From Eledone cirrhosa (lineage: Eukaryota), in contig OZ024741.1 in assembly GCA_964016885.1 (NCBI GenBank), forward strand, positions 9,238,001 to 9,302,000: DNA of 64,000 nt, in the 5' to 3' direction. The notes below the pieces were generated by a model. That model was not told the DNA's origin and did not search any database. It was given only the letters and a program-made list of their open reading frames with translations. Shown piece after piece: positions 52,155 to 64,000 of this stretch. The stretch's first letter is position 1. Every line of letters starts with the position of its first letter. Both the position numbers and the translations under genes were made by a program.

Positions 52155-55100
52155 AGAGTATTGAAGTTTGCTTGAAGCATTTTCGAACAATAAGTAAATA
52201 TCTTTAAGTCGTTTGGAAGCCTCGACAATGCAAATGGGTAAATCTCCGGGTAACAAGGTCCGGTGGTGGAGAGAGAGATGTAACTAGGTGTATGTTGAGA
52301 TGCGTGGTGTGTATAAGATGTGTGAGATGTGTAGAATGAAGGGAAGAGTATAAAGGATAAAATAAATATAACAACACAAGAGAGAGTTACCTTGGGAGAG
52401 ATTTAATAGTCCCTATATATTTCGGATTCACATCCCTCAACTGGTTTTTTTTTTCATTCTACACATCTCACACATCTTATACACACCACGCATCTCAACA
52501 TACACCCACTTACATCTCTCTCTCCACCACCGGACCTTGTTACCCGGAGATTTACCCATTTGCATTGTCGAGGCTTCCAAACGACTTAAAGATATTTACT
52601 TATTGTTCCACAATGCTTCAAGCAAACTTCAATACTCTCTTATCCTTACACCTGAGCCAGGAATTGTTTGCATCCGTAAGGGAACTGTTTAGACTGTCGG
52701 AGAAATGGGCCAACGCTGGCTGCCAAATTATTTTCCTGAAACGCTGCCTAAAAAACGATGTCATCCCCAACACCATCAAGAACATCCGCTTACCAGTAAG
52801 CCTACGTACACCAGCCTTCCAAAACACCACTAACCGCATACATCGCACGTGTATTAAACAGATCCTGAGACATCTCAACCGCCAATTACACTTCCATAAG
52901 CGGACACTCTCAGAGCGGACACATCGACTGCCAATAGCACCCGGAGACTTGCTCCTGAAAATCACTAAAGCAACCGACCAGTGCTACCACTCCAGAGTCC
53001 AATACGAGAATAAACGGCTCAAGCGAAAATATGAGTGGATCTTGTCGAAACACCACAACGAGAACATCGACACTAACGAACAGACGGACCAGAACCACGT
53101 GGAAAACAACAACTTAACAACCACCACCGCCGCAACCACCAACACCGAGCCATACCTCAACGATGCGACGCACCTGGTCACCGACCTAACCGGCACTCTC
53201 ACGAGCGACGAGCTGAAACTCCTACACATCGGACCTAAGTTCATCGTCACACAACGTCTCGACGACAGACTCAAACTCAACATCGAGGCCAACTTTTGTC
53301 GAGCCGCTTACCAACTTAAATGGGTGACCGCCATCAACAGCGCCACAGAAAATAACAGTGCCGACGCAACCCACCCCAAGTTCCCCACTTACCACCCCGA
53401 TAACCCACTCCACCCCCCCACCCACCAACCACGAACTCGACACTAAACTCATCAGGCTAAAACACTCCATCTCGGATATACTTCACAAACACACACACAC
53501 ACGCACAACACATAACCTCACCAAATCTCAACTCACCACTCTCTCCAACCTAAAATCGAAGAACCTCATCTATCTCCCCTCCGACAAGGGAAAAGAATTC
53601 TGCGTCATCAGCAGAGAGGCCTACAACACCCTGGCCCTCCAACACCTTGACGATGACAACCTCTACTCCAAGGTCACGGGAATCACTCCCGCGCAGATAG
53701 AAGAACACATCAACTCCGCCTGGACCAACATCTGCGACCGGCGGAAGCTCCCGAAGAAGCTGAGATACAACCTCCTCACGAGGAACAGCAGACTACCCGC
53801 CTTCTACCACCTCGTGAAAACACACAAACAGGGACCCGACCTGAAAATCAGGCCCATCATATCGGGCGTGGAGGGACCACTCTACAACATGTCATGGCTC
53901 CTAGCCAGAATACTTAAACCCATCTTAGACACCTTGCCGGGACACGTTAACAGCTCCGAGGAGGTGTTGAAGCGCCTGCATCAAATGGATCCCGACACCA
54001 GAAGGAATAACAGATATGCCTTCAGCCTTGATGTAGTCACTCTCTACACCTCGGTCCCGGCACTCCCGGCCGTCAATATACTAATGGAACGCATCCAATC
54101 CACCGACCTACACTGCTTCGGGCGCACCACCACTGACATCCACCAACTCCTATCCATCGTCGTCGACAACATCTACTTCGGATTCCTTGACGAAATATAC
54201 CAACAAACCTCGGGATTGCCCATGGGATCAAGCCTATCAGGTGTGCTAGCGATCTCTTACATGGACAACCTCGAACGCAAGGCACTCAACGCCTGCCACC
54301 CCAACGCCGTAGCCTTTTTCTCAAGATACGTGGACGATATCCTCATCCTCACATCTTCCCAAGACACGGCGAACAGAATCTATGAGACGTTCAACAACAC
54401 GGACGAGAACATTGACTTCAGTGTTGAACACCCCAACGAAGACGGGTCACTTGCCCTCCTCGACTTCCGAATCAACATCACGGAACAGGGAAGGATCCAC
54501 TGCAACTTCTACCGAAAGGCAGCCTGCAGGGACCTATTCGTTCACTACGAGTCCGCCCTCCCTAACAGTGCCAAAAGAGGATACATCACGAACGAGATCG
54601 CGCGAATCAAAAACAGATGCAGCGATCCCGCGAGTGGTGTCACTCATACCAAGCGATTCCTCGAGGTGCTGGAGACGAACGGGTACCCTACCTCGATCAC
54701 AGACAGAATAGGAGACACCAGACGCAAGAGACAGAGAAGCACCCAAGGCAAGTGCTTCCTTAAAATGCCACACCTGGGCGAGAAAACCACCAACGCTATC
54801 CGCAAGGCTATACGGAGGGAGGGCCTCGACATCCACCTGGCCCACTCGGGCCCCTCCCTGCGAAGATGCCTCTCCAGGAAACCCGAAAAATCTACTGACG
54901 CATGCTCCCTCAGAGACTACCCGATACGCCATGCGAACTGTTGCCTACGCACATACGTCGTGTATAAGATAGAATGTGACAGGTGCAACCAATACTACAT
55001 AGGTAGCACAATTCGACCTTTGCACATCCGGATCAAGGAACACACTAAAACCAGGGCCTCGTCTTTCCGGAAATACATAGACAAATGCGGAAACAAAGAC

Positions 55101-55892
55101 GGAAGGCCCATTGTCACAATTCTAGCGACTGAAAGAAACGTCGGCACGTTACGTATCAAGGAAGCGCTTTTTATCAAACGACTGCAACCGCAAATAAACA
55201 ACCGATCAGAGAGAAGCGAAATAAGATGGCTGGTTTAAGTTAACAAGCGATGCAACAACACACAACACACGCACACACACACACACACACACAAACGAGA
55301 CAACTACACACACACACACACACAGTAGCATTCCACCATACGAACATACTACACTGCCAATACAGATGAACATCGCAACAACACACGCACACACACACGC
55401 ACACTCAAGCGAGACAACAACACACGCACACACACACACAGTAACATTTAACAAACAGGCAGAGAAGGGACTGACAGCTAGCGCCATCCCACTCCCTCAT
55501 TCGGCCGCTGACCTCTGTACGACCGACCCCATTTCACGCGCACGCGCGCTCTGCCGATTACCTCAGATATTCAAAACAACAAACAGCGAAGGACGCATTC
55601 CGGACTTGTCCGACAGACAACCTTTTCCCCCACCCCGGAAAAAACCCCCAGTTGATTGATGTGAATCCGGAATATATAGGGACAATTAAATCTCTCCCAA
55701 GGTAACTCTCTCTTGTGTTGTTATTTTTATTTTTATTCTTTATACTCTTCCCTTCATTCTACACATCTCACACATCTTATACACACAACGTATCTCAACA
55801 TACACCCACTTACATCTCTCTCTCCACCACCGGACCTTGTTACCCGGAGATTTACCCATTTGCATTGTCGAGGCTTCCAAACGACTTAAAGA
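52151..55892 (+). mobile_element. Near-complete Penelope/Poseidon-type retroelement with inverted 5' pLTR and direct 3' pLTR
   Basis: 52151-52340 inverted to 52453-52642; 52453-52592 repeated directly at ~55752-55891; 52341-52444 inverted to ~55648-55752; (TA)n on both flanks. Confidence 0.93.
52613..55238 (+). pseudogene. Penelope-type polyprotein (N-terminal domain, RT, GIY-YIG) with one frameshift near 53400
   Basis: PSDKG, KTHK..IRPII, SLDVVTLYTSVP, GLPMGSSLS, RYVDD, FYRK; VVYKIECDRCNQYYIGSTIRPLHIRIKEH, EALFI. Confidence 0.93.
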
Positions 55893-56264
55893 GATATATA
55901 TATATATATAGGAAAAGAGACAGGATCCCGACGGCTAGATCCGGACTAAGCTATTACCCACTCTACTACACTAAGTATCGAGTACTCTGGTGCGTTATGG
56001 TCCATCTGGTATCTTACCACACCTTCTTTGTTTATATATATATATACACACACATACATATGTATGTATATATATATATATATACATTTTTATTTTTTTT
56101 ATTTTTTATTTTTTATTTTTTAGTATATGTTTGTTGTATATCAACACCTCAGTATGCAGATTGGAGCACTCGACGAAGTGCGCAGGTTGGTTTGGTTACT
56201 CCGGAGTAATGCAAAATAAAATAAAATAAATAAGTCAAATGTTTAAAATTTTGCTTCGTTTATT

Positions 56265-56319
56265 ACTGCTATATATATTTCGGCGACAGCCATCTTTGGC
56301 TGTGACCTCTTCAGGCAGT
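56265..56319 (-). ncRNA. Type I hammerhead ribozyme, best-preserved copy
   Basis: ACTGC-CTGAAGA-GG-tc-ACAGCCA-aaga-TGGCTGT-cg-CC-GAAA-TATATA-TA-GCAGT, then AATAAA. Confidence 0.85.
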
Positions 56320-56429
56320 CCGAATTAGCGTGGCATAGACAAGTACATATGTTGTTGAGGTGTATCATTTTGTCAATACTCTGATATGCCCAGTTCCTGG
56401 TTGGGTTGTTATTTCACTGAGGAACTGGA

Positions 56430-56489
<60 letters not shown>

Positions 56490-56577
56490 CATGCTTTACC
56501 CATTATCAAATCTATAATGATCTGCCTAATTGATTAATGATTTGTCATTAATGAAGACTTTTATATATATCTATATA

Positions 56578-56632
<55 letters not shown>

Positions 56633-57039
56633 TTATATATATATAAATATATATGTATCTGCAATTATTTATAAAGATACATATATGTATATTTTATGCC
56701 TGCATGTATGCACGTATATATGTGTATAAATGTATCTATGTATATATATAAATCGAATATTGGAAATCCCAAGTAAGGATATATTGATCTCTCCATTTCA
56801 CGAGATATATAATACCTCACACTACAGTAGGAACCGGAGTCTTCGATAGTAAATCACCAACAGAAATCAAATAATTCTTATAACAAATATATGAAACTAG
56901 AGTTTTCAATGATAAAGCTCTCTTCCAATATTGAAGCTGGCTTGGAATAATACTTAAAATTACAAAGAAATGACATTAAGAACTATGGTCATGAATCTTG
57001 GGTAAAGGCCGAAAGAATAGATCGCGAATACAAGTGGCC

Positions 57040-57285
57040 GAAATGCAGGCAAGGTTGTTTGTGGAAGACCAACAGTCACCCATACATACCAGTCTGCTCT
57101 CTCTATACCACTGATGTTGTCCAAGAGAAAGGCAATGACGGCTCGACTCATTTCTACAGCTGAGTAAACTGGAGCAAAGTGAAGTAAAGTGTCTTGCTCA
57201 AGAACACAACACAACGGCCGGTCCTAGAATGGAACCCACAACCTCACGATTGTAAGCCCAACGCTCTAGCCATCAAGCTATGCGG
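57040..57285 (-). mobile_element. Second tRNA-derived SINE family copy
   Basis: Minus strand TAGCTTGATGG A-box, GGTTCCATTCT B-box, TTCTTGAGCAAGACACTTTACTTCAC core. Confidence 0.8.
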
Positions 57286-57454
57286 GAGTTAACTGACCAG
57301 GGTTGTGCAATCCACACTCGGTCAACGGTGATGCAAAGGAAATAAACATGCATACATTTGTTTTGGTCGTACAAACCGGAGCATACAGAGCAGGAAATAT
57401 AGCGAAGGCCATATGGTGCTGTGTGTAAGTTTATTATTTAGCCATTATTAGACA

Positions 57455-57642
57455 GTGGGTTGGCAGTATCGGTAGAGGGTCGGACACTATGCTTTCCAGC
57501 ATAGAGTTACGTCACTTTACAGTCTGAGTTCAAATCCCACCAAGGTTAACTTTGCCTTTCATCCTTACGGGGTCGATAAAATAAAGTACCAGAAATGCAC
57601 TGGGATAATTGCTGACCTTGTGCCAAAAGTAGATACAATTAT
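57455..57642 (+). mobile_element. tRNA-derived SINE (Nin/Deu-like core)
   Basis: A/B boxes, core, tail. Confidence 0.85.
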
Positions 57643-57821
57643 TTAGGCATTATATATATTTGTCCGGGGTCGATGTTTCGGTAGATGACTCCTACCCATC
57701 ATCTCCAGATCACCAGATAGCTATAGATATTTAAACAAACAACTTCAAAGCTTTTCGATACGAGGGGTTGGACTCAGCATGTTGGAATTAGTCTGGCCAA
57801 ACCCTATATGGTTTTTACCAA

Positions 57822-57871
<50 letters not shown>

Positions 57872-57916
57872 ATTTAGGAATAACCAAAGAGTGCTTAGAA
57901 ATACATTGTTTTATTT

Positions 57917-57961
57917 GCTAACAGTGTTTCATCCATACCCTATGGCAGAAATCATCAGAGC
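57917..57961 (-). ncRNA. Minimal hammerhead motif near the 3' end of an ~800-bp pLTR-like segment (57870-58665)
   Basis: GCT-CTGATGA-..CCATA-ggg-TATGG..-GAAA-CACTG-TT-AGC, then AATAAA. Confidence 0.6.
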
Positions 57962-58666
57962 TTATAAACAAAAAATATATTAAAGGTTGCAGGCTCCATC
58001 AAGCTCAGTCACCAGAACAAGGATAAAAGACAAGTAGGGGGTCCCAAGGCCAGCGCTATATAGAAAAACACACAATACATGACGCTCATAATGTCATAAA
58101 ATGTCATAAAAAATTACATCAAAAATCTATCACATAAATGGTGCAATAGAGGATGAGGTTGAGAGAGGATAGCAAGAAATGAGTGAGAGGGTTACTCTGC
58201 ATGATAAAAAAAAAACAAAAAAAAAACACAAAAAAAAACAAAACAAAGCAAAGCATAGATACATCAGTTCACAAGCAGTGAAAATACAGGATGTAGAGGC
58301 AGAGTATGAGAGCTTGCAAGCATGAGTCCGTGAAGAGAGAAGTTGGTTAGCTGTGGTGCAGCTGTACATGTAGGATTGTCTCTAGGAAGGATGGTGTACT
58401 CCAGTTATATCGCCTTGTAACTGATCGATTTCTCCATATCATACCAACACCCTCCATCCATTGGTTCCAGCTCCAAGCGTTAGGCGATATAATACTATGT
58501 TTCCAAAACATACACCCACCCAGAGGATTTCTCCACATAGGCAGTCCGCAATAAACACCTTAAATCTAAAATAAAGTAGGGTACAATGAGGTGAAGTAAA
58601 ATGGGGTACATGTACAGCCGGCACTCCAGTGAAGAAAGTGAAAATAAGACAGGTCCGCAATATCTG

Positions 58667-58699
<33 letters not shown>

Positions 58700-58700
58700 G

Positions 58701-58750
58701 GCTTTCCTGATGATTTCCTTCGAATGAAACAGTTCTGGTCTTGTAGAAGC
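58701..58750 (+). ncRNA. Hammerhead motif
   Basis: GCTTTC-CTGATGA-TTTC-cttc-GAAT-GAAA-CAG..TTG-TA-GAAGC. Confidence 0.65.
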
Positions 58751-58839
58751 CATTTCTATATTAAAAATGTATACTCTGCTATGTATTGAGTACCTTACTT
58801 ACTGTAGTTACCTCCAATTAAACCCGGGATCCACACACA

Positions 58840-58940
<101 letters not shown>

Positions 58941-59155
58941 GGGTGGGGTGATAAATATAAAATTTGTTAAGGTTCGGGACATCAGAGTTAAGGTCCCAAG
59001 ATGGAATGGTTGTGCATTCTATTCCCGAGAAGGCGGCGTGCTGTGTTCTTAGGCAAAATATATTATTGGCCGCTGCTGCTCCTGTCTTGGGTTGCGAACG
59101 GCTGATAATATCAGGAATAAAACATTGTTTTCTGGGTCCGATCAAACGATTGTCT

Positions 59156-59235
<80 letters not shown>

Positions 59236-59374
59236 TTAAAAAGGCCGGTAAAGTTGTATCGAAAACAAGGGTTATAGTTAAAAAGTGAAGGTGTAAATAC
59301 AGAGAAGTATATTTAATGACTATTTTTTTTTCTTTCATCCGACAGGCGGAATATTTTTTATAATTATTACATTA

Positions 59375-59417
59375 AATATAACCGGTTTCGATTGGTGTAT
59401 CAATCACATCAGATATT
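59375..59417 (-). ncRNA. Minimal hammerhead motif with one core mismatch
   Basis: AATAT-CTGATGT-GATTG-atacac-CAATC-GAAA-CCGG-TT-ATATT. Confidence 0.6.
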
Positions 59418-59591
59418 ACATGTTAAATATTGAATAGTTAAACAAAATGTCTTTTCATGTATTCTGTAAAAAGTTGAAATATATGAGTTTTCTGTCAAAA
59501 TTTATTCTATAAATGTTCTTTATGAAGGTGTGGTGGTAAAGATAGGAGTGCGGCTGAACAAATCGGGAGTTCAATTGAATTCACTTGGATA

Positions 59592-59633
<42 letters not shown>

Positions 59634-60159
59634 TTAGGGTAAGCCGACTTTAAAACGACAATGATGATGATGATATATATACTGTATATAATATATATGC
59701 CCGCAAACAAACATACGTATGTATATGTATATAGTTGGTGTTGGCGTTTAAAAATATATAAGAACGACGGGTGGCAAATTAGACGAAGATTGAATAAAAG
59801 TCAGAAAGAATTAGTTAAATAAAATATTGACTGTAACTTCGAAGTGTAGCCAGCACTACCACGCCTGGCTGCTTGCATTTAATTTCAATAATTACATACA
59901 CACATACATACTTACATATATACATACACACACATATATACATAGATACATACATAATACAGACATACACACACACACATACACACACACACATATATAT
60001 ATAAATATATATATGTGTGTATGTATGTATGTACACATGTACTATGTTTGTATCTATGTATATATGTGTGTGAATGTATATATGTATGTATAAACATTGT
60101 TTCCTTGGACCAATCAAACGATTGTCTCCTTATATACGTATATATATGTATATATATAT

Positions 60160-60366
60160 ATAGGAACGAGTAGGACCCCGACGGCTGAGCTCAAGCCGTT
60201 TCGACGGCTAATTCTGGACTAAAAAAAAAGTCCAGAATTAGCTGTCGAAACGGCTTGAGCTCAGCCGTCGGGGTCCTACTCGTTCCTATTACCCACTCTA
60301 CTACCCTAAGTATTGAGTACTTTGGTGCGTTATGGTCCACCTGGTTCCTTATCACATTTCCTTCGT

Positions 60367-60368
<2 letters not shown>
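60160..60368 (+). mobile_element. Fold-back module: 61-bp inverted arms, A8 loop, 3' extension
   Basis: Arms 60160-60220 / 60229-60289 with 1 mismatch; relatives at ~18106-18240, ~55910-56033 and ~62901-62961. Confidence 0.8.
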
Positions 60369-60436
<68 letters not shown>

Positions 60437-60737
60437 CAGAGAGAGAGAGATGGAGATAGAGAGAGGGAGAGAGAGAGAGAGAGAAAGGGAGAGTTAAAAA
60501 AAGGCGGTATATATATATGTGTGTATGTATGTGTGTATACATATATATATAAACTAAAATATTCCTTCCATATACTGTACAGTTTGTTGTTTCTGTTTAC
60601 CTTATACATACATATATATATATATACGCACACACACATATATATATACATATATATATATATATACAGAGAGAGACAGAGAGAGAGATTAAGTATAATC
60701 AAAGTCAGTGTTGCAGCATATATATAGACTTTATTGA

Positions 60738-60824
60738 CATATTACAATTGTTCTGATATCGATCAGCTCAGGGTACAAACAAGATGATGGGGCCCGACTC
60801 TTTTTCGACATCTCGTTAGATATG
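60738..60824 (-). ncRNA. Degenerate hammerhead, long-stem-II family
   Basis: CATAT-CTAACGA-GATGTCGA...TCGATATC-AGAA-CAATTG-TA-ATATG, then AATAAA. Confidence 0.55.
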
Positions 60825-60971
60825 CGAGTTTACACGTGCAAAGACACTTCGAACGGCACGCCGCCTGTAACTGTAGTTACACCCCCACCACCATCATATA
60901 TATATATATATATATCGAGTTGCAGATGTATTTATCATATTTATCATATACATACACATATGTATGTGTGC

Positions 60972-61030
<59 letters not shown>

Positions 61031-61315
61031 TATATACATTCACAATTGAAATGTCATACATACGATAATCGATGTATTACTCTATAAAGTGGTTCAGTCG
61101 CCAGTCTGAGGCCATGCTAGGGCACCGCCATTAAACCAAGTATATTTGAAGACCTCATGGTTAACTCATAGTCGACATAACTAATATATTCTTGCATAAA
61201 TATATATTTAATTACGCCGTCATTCGAATACACGTTATAAAAATTAGACTGATCTGTGACATATATAGCGTTGCTATGGTAATATACAACCGTAGCGCTA
61301 GAAACAAATGGGTTA

Positions 61316-61362
61316 TTATTATCTGACGAAGCCACAATTAAGTCTGAAATACATAACAATAA
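61316..61362 (+). ncRNA. Minimal hammerhead motif
   Basis: TTATTAT-CTGACGA-AGCC-acaattaa-GTCT-GAAA-TACA-TA-ACAATAA. Confidence 0.55.
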
Positions 61363-61898
61363 TCTCTTACCCTCCAGTATCAAATAACCCCCACTCCTTA
61401 TTAAGTTTTGCTAATCTATGCTTGGCAAAATGTTATTTTAATTGGTAGCATTCCTGTGGCAATTAATTTTCTTTAGACATTAAATAAAAGCAAACATTAC
61501 CCATGACAAAAAAGTACATTACTAGAAATCCCATATGTTATAAAATAGGATGGGTTGGGGGTTTAAATATGTAAATTAAACGACTAATTCTGGTTTTCAA
61601 AATATCAACAGAGACAACCCACAAAAATTACCGATTTCCACCACTCCCCGTTTATTCCAACGCAACTGCGTATTCACCCTCGCGCTTATTGCCCGCCTAT
61701 TATTTGGGACCCGAGAATATTTACGGAGGAATAGTTGAAAGTTGTTAACATTCTCAATCCATTTGTTTCACAACCAAAGTTTCTAATTAAAGGAAACGGG
61801 CTGTTATATTTAACTTACCCTTAACATTTCCCCATATTCTATGTTCGAGAATATTTGTATGTATGTATGTATGTATGTATGTATGTATGTATGTATGT

Positions 61899-61968
<70 letters not shown>

Positions 61969-62011
61969 TAATAAGTATGAACGAAGTGTCAAATTTTTAT
62001 TAAGTTTATTC

Positions 62012-62110
62012 AAGTGTGACACTCGTTTCGCGATTGATCAGTTCAAGGTTCGATCTCTATCGATCGGGACCGATCGGGACTGAGTGGAATCAAAAGCTCA
62101 TCGGACGTCT
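62012..62110 (-). ncRNA. Degenerate hammerhead, long-stem-II family
   Basis: CCGATGA-GC...GATCGAACCTTGA...GC-GAAA-CGAGTG-TC, then AATAAA; stem I weak. Confidence 0.5.
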
Positions 62111-62133
62111 GTTTGTTTTATCCCAACACTTTA

Positions 62134-62165
<32 letters not shown>

Positions 62166-62210
62166 ACGCACACATACATATATGTATGTATATGATAAAT
62201 ATGATAAATA

Positions 62211-62440
62211 CATCTGCAACTCGATATCGAGTAATGCCATCACTTGATACTTAAGCATGAGGATCACAGACGTGGTTTTTGAGTCCAGCTAGGGACTTGC
62301 TTGTGGCCAGCAATACCAGGTATCGCAAAAGAATGTTACATATCATCGAATGCATTTACCCCAAAAAGTAAAACTGGTCAACATCACTGGATGTAAATGA
62401 AGTCACAGGTTTGATATCAGTGTAACCTTCTCCCAGAGAG
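62211..62440 (-). mobile_element. RTE-derived 3' fragment, same family as 49291-49560
   Basis: Shared TCGAGTAATGCCATC.CTTGATACTTAAGCATGAG and TGGCCAGCAATACCAGG. Confidence 0.65.
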
Positions 62441-62454
62441 ATATCTTAATGAAG

Positions 62455-63480
<1,026 letters not shown>

Positions 63481-64000
63481 GAGAGAGAGATGAGGGAGAG
63501 AAGGTAGAAACAGTGATAGAATAGAGAGAAATATGGCGAGAGATGGCGGGAAAACTGTTAATTGAAGAGAAATCGATAGGTTACAGATTGTATTAAAAAT
63601 AATCAGGATTTATTTTTGCATGAGTCAAGACACTGTATTACTTACATCTATTGATCTGATCGATCTAGCTATTAGCAATCATAAAATTGATTTGCTGGCT
63701 TTTGCAGAGTTTGATCTTTAAAACAGTAATAAACGGACATAGGTTAGGTAGCACTAAATATCGATTACGTTATTCTCTGTATGTGTGGCTAACTGATCGA
63801 TCACACAACGATTTCTTTCTGAGCTTTATAAATACATGTGTATATAGAATAATAATAGCATGATTTATGAACAGATTTATGTATGTATGTATGTATGTAT
63901 GTATGTATGTATGTATGTATGTATGTATGTATGTATGTATATATGTCTGTATGTATGTATGTTAGTATGTATATATGTATGTATATATGTATTTACGTAT

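Noticed and set aside
58220-58660. Possible Tc1 transposase or zf-RVT remnant (GGCMFW, ETILH)
   Set aside because: Motifs are isolated with no catalytic pattern; better explained as the non-coding pLTR-like segment upstream of the 57917 hammerhead
61117-61383. 88-aa minus-strand ORF, possibly viral or Polinton-like
   Set aside because: No recognisable motif; overlaps a plus-strand hammerhead motif

Overview
Eukaryotic, AT-rich, extremely repeat-dense DNA. The SINE families and (TA)n/(CA)n/(ATAC)n load suggest an octopus-type cephalopod genome (inference). No host protein-coding gene can be supported with confidence, and almost all long ORFs in the track are artefacts of micro- and minisatellites. 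Real coding remnants are all retroelements: an RTE LINE with an intact RT frame and a 5' inversion (29.9-32.2 kb), two Penelope-like elements (RT + C-terminal GIY-YIG; 32.8-36.4 kb and 52.1-55.9 kb) with inverted pseudo-LTRs, and CR1/RTE fragments. Also present are many tRNA-derived SINEs, two Helitron-like copies, a TTAA-type MITE whose end is amplified into a 48-bp minisatellite, a 7.4-kb 39-bp minisatellite and multi-kb triplet arrays. The main hidden signal is about 15 intact or degenerate type I hammerhead ribozyme motifs. Many lie in short, often fold-back modules beside (TA)n/(CA)n tracts and share a downstream RTYGAGTRCT motif, which suggests a Penelope-mobilised ribozyme mini-element system. 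All alignments were done by eye, so coordinates are approximate to a few bases.
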